A DNA stretch of 64,000 bases from an uncultured Bacteroidales bacterium (GTDB lineage: Bacteria > Bacteroidota > Bacteroidia > Bacteroidales > GCA-2748055). The translations under genes were made by a program, and so were the position numbers. The notes below the pieces were generated by a model. The model made no database searches. It was not told the DNA's origin and saw only the letters and a list, made by a program, of their open reading frames with translations. The DNA lies in NCBI GenBank assembly GCA_963751705.1, contig CAVVVN010000008.1:131259-195258 (forward strand), written 5' to 3'. Positions 16,886-25,688 of the stretch are shown here, one piece after another. Every line of letters starts with the position of its first letter. The stretch's first letter is position 1.

Positions 16886-19234
16886 CTATTTTATACCCCA
16901 TTGCATATTTGGTTCACTGCCCATTTTAAAAACAAGCTCTCCACCTTCAGACAAAATATCGAAATCAATGTTATTCTTCCGATATGCTTGTCCATTCCAG
17001 GTACAGGACTGTATGTAGATATTTTCTTCTGAGTTATTCACGGTGCGAATTATCAGTTTCTCACCATTGGCAAGATCAATACTAATTTTTTGATACAAAG
17101 GGGAACCGAACTGAATATTCGGTATTGTTTCAGTTAAGCCAGCCACATCAAATAGTCCCATTGAAGCAATCACATACCATGCACCTAATTGGCCCTGATC
17201 CTCATCCTGACCGTAGCCATATCCATGAATCCGTTCTGTACCGTAAAACTCATTGCAAATTAAACGACTCCATTTTTGAGTAAGCCATGGTGCACCGCTG
17301 TGATTAAACAGGAAAGACATGTGTAAAGATGGCTGATTTCCATGATTGTAGAAGTTTTTCACACCTCCAAAAGCATGAATTGTTTTACCACTTCCAAAGC
17401 CTGATTCGCGAGACCATACAAAAATTGAATCCAGTCGTGTATTAAATTCATTATGTCCCATTTTTTGAATTAAGGTTTCCACATCATGCGGCACATAAAA
17501 GGTATACTGGTAGGAATTACCTTCCTGAAAACCTCTCCATCCCTGTTGAGGATCAAAATCCGGGATCCAATCTCCGTAAGCATTTTTGGGAACAATGAAT
17601 TTCAACGAATCATGCCACAGATTTTGCCACCCATTGGCCAACTCATTAAATCTCTCAACATCTTCCGTTTTACCCAATTTTTCGGCCATTCTGGCAGCAG
17701 CATAGGCACTGAAAGCATACTCCAGAGTATGTGATGCACTAAAATAACTGCCGTGATAAATGGTGCCCCAACGGTCCACATTTAAAAAATGCACATATGC
17801 ATCTTTTACAAAGGACCAGTTATCTAATTTACCACTCCCTTTATTACGATTTTCGGTCTCAAGTACATCTTTCTTCAATCCCTGATATACCCATTCCGGA
17901 TCAATGCCAGGAATGCCGATATTGTATGCAGCCCATGACGTTAATCCAATAAAATTGGTGCCAACGCCTGAAGTAAACCGGCTATTGGCAATACCATCAC
18001 TAAACCAACCTCGATCTTTATAAACAGTTAAATGCGTATTTACAAAATCTCTGTAAACTTCCGGATAAACTAAAGCCCATAATTGAGTTAAATTCCAGAA
18101 GGCGCCCCAGATTGCATCTGTATTAATGAAATTGAATTCAGGAGTATCAAGGCTTTTCATGGGTAAATAACCAATGGTACCATCAGCTTTAGGGTATGCT
18201 CCATTAATATCATTAGCTACTCCACGGCCAAGTAATGCATGAAAGAGTCCTGTATAGAATTTTGTCAGATTATCGTCGTTCTCATCTTCAATGTAAATGC
18301 GAGATAATTGTTTTTCCCATATGGCAAATGCATCATTTTTTACCTGATCAAAACTTTTATCTTTTGACTCTTCTATCCGATTTAAACGAGCATGGTTAAG
18401 TGAAGTGTAGGATAAGCCAGTCTTTACTGATATTACTGTATTTGCTTCGGTGTTAGTATAGGTCAAATACAGACCAGCTCCTTTACCGTTCGCCTGTGAT
18501 TTGCCAGGGTGTATTTCCTTAGCGTTAAAAGCATTTACGGCATCAGGGGGTTCGGTCACAATGGCGTTAAAAAAATGCTTCATGGGGGCTGAACCCAATT
18601 TTTCCACATCATCTTTTGCATAAAGAGCATCATACATGACCCATCCTTCAAATTCATTATCTGAAACCTGAGTTACATAGGAATCAATTACTTTTCCGCT
18701 TTCCCCCTGTCGCAGTCCTACGTTTAAGATAATATGAGACTCTTTTGCCTCTGGAAATGTATACCTTTGATACCCGACCCTTTTTGTAGCAGTTAATTCA
18801 ACTTTAATATTATAATCATCTAATTGAACCGTATAGAAACCAGGTTTACTTAATTCCGTTTCATGCCTGAAATGACTTCTAAACCCTTCTTCAGGATTCT
18901 CTAAAGCGCCGGGTATTGTTTTTATTGCGCCAGTCATTGGCATCCATGCAAAACCACCGATCTGAAATTCATGGAGATGAGCAAACCCTTCCAACGTTTT
19001 ATGCCGGTAATCATAGCCATTTGCTTCCCAACCGCCCGGACTGCCAATATGGGCGTCCGTATTTGGGCCTAACTTAGCCATCCCGAAAGGTAAAGCTGCA
19101 GGGGTGAAAAAAAACCATCGGCAATGTGCTGTACCAATATTGGGATCGACATATTTTAATACCCCATCGTTTTGGGCTTGACTGCTAATGGTCACAAAAA
19201 ATAAAGCAGTGAAAATAAATGCAATCTTTTTCAT
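16886..19234 (-). CDS. GH92 alpha-mannosidase
   Basis: 782 aa, signal ..SSQAQ. YVDPNIGT, LHEFQIGG, NHGNQPSLHMSFLFNHSGAPWLTQKW, and GQDEDQGQLGAWYV. Confidence 0.9.
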   Translation of the reverse strand: MKKIAFIFTALFFVTISSQAQNDGVLKYVDPNIGTAHCRWFFFTPAALPFGMAKLGPNTDAHIGSPGGWEANGYDYRHKTLEGFAHLHEFQIGGFAWMPMTGAIKTIPGALENPEEGFRSHFRHETELSKPGFYTVQLDDYNIKVELTATKRVGYQRYTFPEAKESHIILNVGLRQGESGKVIDSYVTQVSDNEFEGWVMYDALYAKDDVEKLGSAPMKHFFNAIVTEPPDAVNAFNAKEIHPGKSQANGKGAGLYLTYTNTEANTVISVKTGLSYTSLNHARLNRIEESKDKSFDQVKNDAFAIWEKQLSRIYIEDENDDNLTKFYTGLFHALLGRGVANDINGAYPKADGTIGYLPMKSLDTPEFNFINTDAIWGAFWNLTQLWALVYPEVYRDFVNTHLTVYKDRGWFSDGIANSRFTSGVGTNFIGLTSWAAYNIGIPGIDPEWVYQGLKKDVLETENRNKGSGKLDNWSFVKDAYVHFLNVDRWGTIYHGSYFSASHTLEYAFSAYAAARMAEKLGKTEDVERFNELANGWQNLWHDSLKFIVPKNAYGDWIPDFDPQQGWRGFQEGNSYQYTFYVPHDVETLIQKMGHNEFNTRLDSIFVWSRESGFGSGKTIHAFGGVKNFYNHGNQPSLHMSFLFNHSGAPWLTQKWSRLICNEFYGTERIHGYGYGQDEDQGQLGAWYVIASMGLFDVAGLTETIPNIQFGSPLYQKISIDLANGEKLIIRTVNNSEENIYIQSCTWNGQAYRKNNIDFDILSEGGELVFKMGSEPNMQWGIK

Positions 19235-22200
19235 CTTTGTTGAATTCCCCAGGTTTTATTTGGCTCTGGCCCCATTTCCAGTTCCAAGGTTCCGCCCATT
19301 AACAATTCTTTGGCCGGAAATTTAAAGTCATTCAGGGGCTTTCCGTTCAACATGGCGGATTGCACATACATATTTATCCGTGAAGCGTTATTCGCATTAA
19401 TGATGAATTTTTTACCCCTCCCGTAGCGATTTCCTAAATCAATTTCCACATTTTCATACAAGGGGCTGCCAATTTCATACACCGGTTCAACGCTCGTTCC
19501 TCCATCGGTTTGAAACAAACCCAGTGCAGCCATGATGAACCAGGCACTCATTTGTCCCTGGTCTTCGTCGCCCAAATAGGCATTGGAAAGGCCGTAACCG
19601 TAATAACGGCTGAGGATGGCCCGACTCCATTTTTGTGTGAGCCAGGGCTTGTCCACCCAATTGAAAAGGAAAGCAAAATGCATGGACTGCTGGTTCCCCT
19701 GTGCAACAGGATAGTCCCAGTACTGGTCCCTTTTTCCGTTATATCTTAGTTTATAACTCTCTTCAAATCCCCAGTCGAGACGTTCAATAAACCTGTCCTT
19801 GCCGATTGCTTCAGCCAGTGCAGGAACATCCTGGGGAACGAAAAAGGTCAACTGCCAGGCATTTCCTTCTACGTAATGATGATTCCGACCCGATTGATAG
19901 GGATCAAAATCGGGAAGCCACTTTCCACCTGAGTCCTTCATCCGGGCATATCCGGTTTCCGGGTCGATGGCATTCTTCCAGTAATATCCCCGGTTTAAAA
20001 AGAGTTTATAATCAGCATCTTTGCCAAGGGCTTTTGCAAACTGGCTTACCGTCCAGTCGTCAAAGGAGTATTCGAGCGTATTGGAAAAGCGACCTTTATC
20101 ATATGGTACATAATGGTATTTCATGTACGGTACCAAATCGCGGTTACCTGCAAATCCTCCATCTACTTTCCGGGCAGGAGTGGTTTGCATTTTCTTTACG
20201 GCTTCGAATGCTTTTTCTGCATTAAAATCGCGAATTCCCATCTGGTAAGCTCCCACGATCAGAGGTATTTCATGTTCCGCCACCATTACCGGAATATACT
20301 CCATCCCGGCCGGTCCTTTTGCCAACCAACCTCCGGCATCGTACATGGCCAGTTGTGAATTTACCCATCTGTTGCTCCACTCGGGAGTTACCAGGTTCCA
20401 GAATTGATTGAGGTTCCAGAAAGTGTTCCAAAAGGCATCGCATCCAAGAGCCGGTGAAGAAGGATCATCCAATTGCCGCACCTGTTCACCTGAGTCCATC
20501 CATTTTCCGTCGACATCGCTGAAGATATTCCTGCTGCAAAGAGCCCGGTACATATTGGAATAAAATCGACGTTTTTCATGACGGTCATTGGTGGTAATTT
20601 TCAACCTTTCAAACAGGTCATTCCAGGTATCTACATGATATTGCCGAACAGCGTCAAAGTCCCAACCAAAGGGGGTGGCAATTTCCGTTTCCAGGTTTTT
20701 CCCGGCATTTTCGATGCTAACGTAAGAGATACCGGTGCGGACCTGTACCACGGGGTTTTTCTCGGCGTCAAAATAGACAAATGCTCCAGCATCTTCTGGT
20801 TGTTCCCTTTCAAGAACCATTTCATTTTCTATGATTCCTTCTTCGGTCCAGAAGCCTATTTTTTCGATGGGTTGATCAAATTCTATTACAAAATGCACGA
20901 TATACTCCTGGGAAATGCCGCCTGACCAGGTATTGGGGGACTTTTGATGGCTAAACCCTTCGATTCGGGACGATCCAACCTGTTTCATGGAGACCTTCTG
21001 AAGCTGAAAACGATACTCAGCGGGAATCTGCAAATCGATTAGCACCCTTGATTGTTCTCTATCTTTTGGAAAAGTGTAACGTTGAAATCCGCATCTGGTA
21101 GTTGAAGTCAATTCAGCAGTAATATCATAATCGATAAGATCGACTTTATAATATCCAATGGGTGCCTTCTCGGTTTCTGCATTTATTCGGGAGCGATACC
21201 CCTCATCGGGTTTTCTTTCATCGCCAACATTGGTTTTTAGCGGCCCGTTGGTGGGCATCATTCCCAAGCCACCCAAAGTCCATTCGTGAATGTGACTGAA
21301 GCAACCAACCGTTTCCATGATGGGATCATATCCTGCCTGCCATCCACTGTTCTGGTTGTCAGGGCTCAACTTGACCATGCTGAAGGGCATCCAGGGCCCG
21401 GGAGCAATCATCCAGCGCGAATGGGCGGTTCCCATTTTGGTGTCGGCATAACCTGCTGCTGTGATCCGTTCACAAGGCTTTCGCTGCACCTTTCCCTTCG
21501 CAACCAGTTCACCGTCCACATGGATTTCATAATCGCTTTGTCGAGGACTTTCAACCGCTGGCATGGGGGCTTCAAAGATGTACCGCCCTGTTTCAACAGT
21601 TTCGCTTAAAATGGTACTCCCCTCGAGACTAACTTCTATCAGGGGGGTTCCCTTCAGGTGCTCAACATCCACCAGAAGAGGCTGCATGGCACCTCGGTCA
21701 TCATGGATCTCGTAATCCGGGGCTTCGACCTTTCTCACGAAAAGCTGGCCCGGTGCCTTTAATTCGGCATTCCCCGGAGCCATCATACTGATCTGGTCAA
21801 AAACAAGCCAGGAACCCTGAAGGGTGGTGAGCCTGATCTCATTGCCACCTTCCCGTATTAGTCCGGAAGGTACCGGTATCTCTATACGATATTGCGAAGT
21901 ATCGGATATTACCTCTTTGGTGATTTCATTGCTCACACCCTCCGGAAGCTGGAATTTCCATGATTCCCCATTTAATACCACTTTAAACACGGGTGGATCA
22001 TCTTTATGATTATTGACCACGTCAATGATCAACGACCATGATCCCGACTTAGGAACCTTGTCCATACCAAACAGGATGGTCAATGTATGAGAACGCCAGC
22101 CTGAAGTTCCCCAGGTGCCGCCCCATTGATCGGAAGGCCCAGGCAATATGAAAGGCCAGTTTTCCTTTTCATTCGAATGGCCGATAAGATAATAACCATC

Positions 22201-22374
22201 CTCCCATCCAAAATCCTTATCGAGGAACTGTTCGTAGCTGTCGTATGATAAAGCAAATTCAGCAGCGCTATTATCTCCCTCTCCAAGATTCCAGAGTAAT
22301 TGAGGTTCAGACTGGCAGGAAAAAAAGAAAAAAGCTGCCGGGAAAATCATTAAATTAAGAATTATCTGCTTCAT
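19231..22374 (-). CDS. GH92 alpha-mannosidase with a ~310-aa N-terminal extension, lipoprotein
   Basis: 1047 aa. Signal ..FFFFSCQS. N-terminal extra domain(s) (..GNEIRLTTLQGSWLVFDQISM..). The GH92 core starts about YADTKMGTAHSRW; QGNQQSMHFAFLFNWVDKPWLTQKW and GDEDQGQMSAWFI. Its stop overlaps the downstream start (TCAT at 19231-19234). Confidence 0.9.
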   Translation of the reverse strand: MKQIILNLMIFPAAFFFFSCQSEPQLLWNLGEGDNSAAEFALSYDSYEQFLDKDFGWEDGYYLIGHSNEKENWPFILPGPSDQWGGTWGTSGWRSHTLTILFGMDKVPKSGSWSLIIDVVNNHKDDPPVFKVVLNGESWKFQLPEGVSNEITKEVISDTSQYRIEIPVPSGLIREGGNEIRLTTLQGSWLVFDQISMMAPGNAELKAPGQLFVRKVEAPDYEIHDDRGAMQPLLVDVEHLKGTPLIEVSLEGSTILSETVETGRYIFEAPMPAVESPRQSDYEIHVDGELVAKGKVQRKPCERITAAGYADTKMGTAHSRWMIAPGPWMPFSMVKLSPDNQNSGWQAGYDPIMETVGCFSHIHEWTLGGLGMMPTNGPLKTNVGDERKPDEGYRSRINAETEKAPIGYYKVDLIDYDITAELTSTTRCGFQRYTFPKDREQSRVLIDLQIPAEYRFQLQKVSMKQVGSSRIEGFSHQKSPNTWSGGISQEYIVHFVIEFDQPIEKIGFWTEEGIIENEMVLEREQPEDAGAFVYFDAEKNPVVQVRTGISYVSIENAGKNLETEIATPFGWDFDAVRQYHVDTWNDLFERLKITTNDRHEKRRFYSNMYRALCSRNIFSDVDGKWMDSGEQVRQLDDPSSPALGCDAFWNTFWNLNQFWNLVTPEWSNRWVNSQLAMYDAGGWLAKGPAGMEYIPVMVAEHEIPLIVGAYQMGIRDFNAEKAFEAVKKMQTTPARKVDGGFAGNRDLVPYMKYHYVPYDKGRFSNTLEYSFDDWTVSQFAKALGKDADYKLFLNRGYYWKNAIDPETGYARMKDSGGKWLPDFDPYQSGRNHHYVEGNAWQLTFFVPQDVPALAEAIGKDRFIERLDWGFEESYKLRYNGKRDQYWDYPVAQGNQQSMHFAFLFNWVDKPWLTQKWSRAILSRYYGYGLSNAYLGDEDQGQMSAWFIMAALGLFQTDGGTSVEPVYEIGSPLYENVEIDLGNRYGRGKKFIINANNASRINMYVQSAMLNGKPLNDFKFPAKELLMGGTLELEMGPEPNKTWGIQQR

Positions 22375-22428
22375 TATCAGTAGTTTTTGTTTTTTGAAAT
22401 TCCTTTATTTGGGAAATATTTGATCTTG

Positions 22429-23730
22429 CTATTCCAGGTTTTCCTTTGCCCATTCCCTGAACATCATTATGGACTTTCCAAGCACACCAGCGGACCCTTT
22501 GAATTCAGCCGAACCGGCAGGTGTACCATCCAGTCTATACCATTCATAAAAATCATCATTTTTGATAACCCGTTCAAACATAGGCTGGACAAGTGTATAT
22601 GCTTCCTCCACAAAGCCATACCTGATCAGTTGCTGGATCATTCTTCCCCCGAACCAGGTCCAGTCACCCCCGTTTTGATAATGATACGGCCTGGATACAC
22701 CCTTACCAAGTACCTCTTGAGGATAAGGTGGGTAGAGAGTAAGGCCTATCGAAGGTGCGCCAGAGGCTGCAATATTTCTTTTCATATGAGACAGTACAGC
22801 AGCGATCTCTTCCCTGTTTAAATTCCCGGCTTCAATAGCCACTGCAGTTCCCCCGTGGTAATGAATTTCATTCTCATCAAATGTGGATGGGAAAGGAGAT
22901 CCATCGAGATAGATATGTGGAATGTACTTTTTATTCTCATCATCCCATAAATGTAATCTTATGTTCGTCTTGGTTTTTGTGTGCAGGTCCCTCCATCTTT
23001 CTTTTTCTTCCGGCGAATCCGCAAAACTCTCCATAGCCTCCAGAGCGATCATCAACATCGCATTATCATAAATATCTATGCTCCAGTGCGTAAGTTCATC
23101 CACATCGACTATTACGCCACCTTCTACCTGCACATCCCCCCAGTCGAAGGTGGTCGCCCCAGTAATAAGACCATATTCTGCCGAATACCGCTCCGCCAGA
23201 AGATAATCTATCGCATCTGAAAGTCGCTGATAAACGGTTTCCCCGGCAACCACCTCATTCAAAATATCGCGATCCCCTGTTTTGTCAATATACTTGAAGA
23301 TGGCCTGGATCAAGGAAGTCTCCTGATCAGTTTCAACGGTATTTTTAAATCCGATATGACCGGGGGCTGTGATTGATTCATAGGTGTTCGGGTCACCCCA
23401 GGTGAAAGCTTCCCTGGGCACGTAGCCATCCAGCAACTCCCCGTTCTTCTGCTGGAAATGAAAAAACATCAATAGATTCTCCCGAATAATAGCTACGTCG
23501 TATTCCTCACAGGACAATTCTATGAATGAATTCAAATCACGTGCCCATACCATTTGATAACCGGAACCTGCATAAAACCCATTTTTCATCAAATCCCTGG
23601 CCATCTGATCCACCTTGATAAGGTTCGTGTCGTTCATAATCTGCCGGGCAAGTTCCGGGTTCTTTGCATCCCTAAAGGAACACGAGACCAAAAATAGTAG
23701 CGAAAGTGTATAATAAACTTGTCTTTTCAT
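22429..23730 (-). CDS. Six-hairpin (alpha/alpha)6 glycoside-hydrolase-like lipoprotein, paralog of 13086-14390
   Basis: 433 aa. Signal ..LFLVSCSF. The same motif set as its paralog: GSGYQMVWARD, VETDQETSLIQA, TTFDWGDVQ, IDIYDNAMLMIAL, YQNGGDWTWFG, and FKGSAGVL. Confidence 0.6.
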   Translation of the reverse strand: MKRQVYYTLSLLFLVSCSFRDAKNPELARQIMNDTNLIKVDQMARDLMKNGFYAGSGYQMVWARDLNSFIELSCEEYDVAIIRENLLMFFHFQQKNGELLDGYVPREAFTWGDPNTYESITAPGHIGFKNTVETDQETSLIQAIFKYIDKTGDRDILNEVVAGETVYQRLSDAIDYLLAERYSAEYGLITGATTFDWGDVQVEGGVIVDVDELTHWSIDIYDNAMLMIALEAMESFADSPEEKERWRDLHTKTKTNIRLHLWDDENKKYIPHIYLDGSPFPSTFDENEIHYHGGTAVAIEAGNLNREEIAAVLSHMKRNIAASGAPSIGLTLYPPYPQEVLGKGVSRPYHYQNGGDWTWFGGRMIQQLIRYGFVEEAYTLVQPMFERVIKNDDFYEWYRLDGTPAGSAEFKGSAGVLGKSIMMFREWAKENLE

Positions 23731-23781
23731 ATGATCATAAATTTACTGATTCGATATTATATATTCCTATATGTCATTTTG

Positions 23782-25575
23782 TTACAATTGATCCATGAAC
23801 TCTGTAAGCAATTGGTATTCTCTCCAGATCCTTTGATTAATGGATGAAAGTTCACCCAATTCACCACGCGAGCGAACCCTTGAGGCAAATGCGTTTATCA
23901 TTTTTTCAACCGGCGCCTTTGACAAGGCATCCCTGGCTGTATCGATTTGCTCCTGTGTGAATGCAATTCTATTCAAATGAAGCAAATAGGATGCTCTAAG
24001 ATCCCATGCGGGTTGCATCAATCTGCCCACTTTATCCAGATAGATTGCAAACTCAAAATATGCTCCGAACCATTTGAGATTTGCAATTTTATCCGGGTTC
24101 GCCTCCACGGAAATACAGTCCCCCACCAGATCAGACATTTGTTTGCATGCTTGAAGTTGTTCCGGTGTCAATCTTCCCCAGGCAGGTCGATAAGCATAAT
24201 ATTCTTCCGACCGGATTGAATTAATAAGGCCCGAGGCGTCCAGTTCTATCATGGCCGGAGCCAGTTTTTTTTCAGCGCATGTTCCCAGCTCATCACGGCA
24301 AAAATCCCGGTAAATCTTCTGCCAGCTCGTGGTGTCTTTCGGATGAGCCGCAAAATGGGCAAAGGTTTCCCAGTTAAGGCGAATTTCTTCCGTCCTCCAA
24401 TGAATGGCTACAACACCATCAAGGCCATCATGGTAGGCCTTCTGAATATGATCTTTGATGTTTTTTACATTGGGCTGAAAATGCCAGAGTGCATAATCAC
24501 TTTCGAGCCAGGGTATGGCCCATACTTTTCGGTGCTCAGCAATTTCCTTGAAGAAATCGGGATGGGGATCCAGCCCCTGACCAGGGTTGAGCATGGAAAA
24601 AACGATATCTTCCGGAAGCGCCCGGTCCATTCCCCTTAGCAGGGAAGCCATCTGTGACTCGGCTCCCCAGCCGCCGATCACAATTTTGGTATCCGGCGCT
24701 TTTAAGCGGATATAATCATAGGCCCGCTGTATATATGCCTGGGCCCACACACCAAGGAACCGGGTAGACTCGCTGACCCCGTCTCCCGCATATAACTCCT
24801 GATACTCCTGATAGAAGGCTTCCATATCCCGGTTCCGCAGGGCTATGGCCGGGTCCACGCCAAACATGCAGTGCTCATTCAACCACAAATAAATCCAGTC
24901 AATCCCCTGGTATGTGTCAATGATATCATCAATCGTGGCATGCAGGATGCCAATGGCGTCAGGATCAAAGGGATTATAAATCAGGCTCCCTGAGCCCATC
25001 CAGTACATATCGGTATGGGTACGAATGGAGGCATATTCGGGAGGAGCCACTCCGAACTCAAAACCCATGGCCATTTCTATGTTCCTTTCGTGTGCCATCT
25101 TCATAACATCCTGCATCAGTGCCTGCGCCTGTTCATAGCGTTCTTCATTCGTATAGGCAGTGACTGCAGCGTCTGCACCAAAATACTCCGCTCCCGGAGG
25201 CAGGTCAAAGAGGGTGTCTGTTCCGAAAGCGAAATCCGCTACCTTCATGGGCAGATAACCCCAACGGGCGGTCCCGGAATGATCAAACCCGGCTTCAGGC
25301 AGCACATTTTTGTATTGGATCCTGATCATGGGCTCCACATAATTGAAATAGCGTTCTCCTCCACCCGTATAATTATGGAACGCAATGAGATTGATGCCCT
25401 GTTCCTGACAATCATCAAGATAGTTTCTGTAATCCTCCAGGTTCCATGCAGTGGGACCCGACAGGAAATTATGCCACGGCAGAACACCGCGTATCTGGAA
25501 GGATTGTGCAAAACCGTTGAACTCAATCCCTTGCAATAAAATTAATAGGAGCGCATAAACAGCAATCTTTTTCAT
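23782..25575 (-). CDS. Secreted protein of unknown family, probable (beta/alpha)8 clan-A-like glycoside hydrolase
   Basis: 597 aa, signal ..NGFAQ. Alternating strand/helix pattern. Candidate acid/base motif IYLWLNEHCMFG and candidate nucleophile motif WAIPWLESDYALW. No family recognised. Confidence 0.55.
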   Translation of the reverse strand: MKKIAVYALLLILLQGIEFNGFAQSFQIRGVLPWHNFLSGPTAWNLEDYRNYLDDCQEQGINLIAFHNYTGGGERYFNYVEPMIRIQYKNVLPEAGFDHSGTARWGYLPMKVADFAFGTDTLFDLPPGAEYFGADAAVTAYTNEERYEQAQALMQDVMKMAHERNIEMAMGFEFGVAPPEYASIRTHTDMYWMGSGSLIYNPFDPDAIGILHATIDDIIDTYQGIDWIYLWLNEHCMFGVDPAIALRNRDMEAFYQEYQELYAGDGVSESTRFLGVWAQAYIQRAYDYIRLKAPDTKIVIGGWGAESQMASLLRGMDRALPEDIVFSMLNPGQGLDPHPDFFKEIAEHRKVWAIPWLESDYALWHFQPNVKNIKDHIQKAYHDGLDGVVAIHWRTEEIRLNWETFAHFAAHPKDTTSWQKIYRDFCRDELGTCAEKKLAPAMIELDASGLINSIRSEEYYAYRPAWGRLTPEQLQACKQMSDLVGDCISVEANPDKIANLKWFGAYFEFAIYLDKVGRLMQPAWDLRASYLLHLNRIAFTQEQIDTARDALSKAPVEKMINAFASRVRSRGELGELSSINQRIWREYQLLTEFMDQL

Positions 25576-25596
25576 TATATCGTTCTGATAATTCTT

Positions 25597-25636
25597 GAAA
25601 AAGTATTCGGTGTATTAAGTTACACCGAATACTTTC
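25597..25636 (-). terminator. Strong hairpin (15-bp perfect stem) between a GH92 gene and the unknown TIM-barrel gene; possible internal terminator or attenuator
   Basis: AAAGTATTCGGTGTA (25600-25614) pairs with TACACCGAATACTTT (25621-25635) around a 6-nt loop. On the minus-strand transcript the stem is followed by UUUUUC. Confidence 0.45.
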
Positions 25637-25688
25637 ATCTGTTATTACAAAAATGTTGCTGAGACAACACTTTTATAACCAGGCTCAG

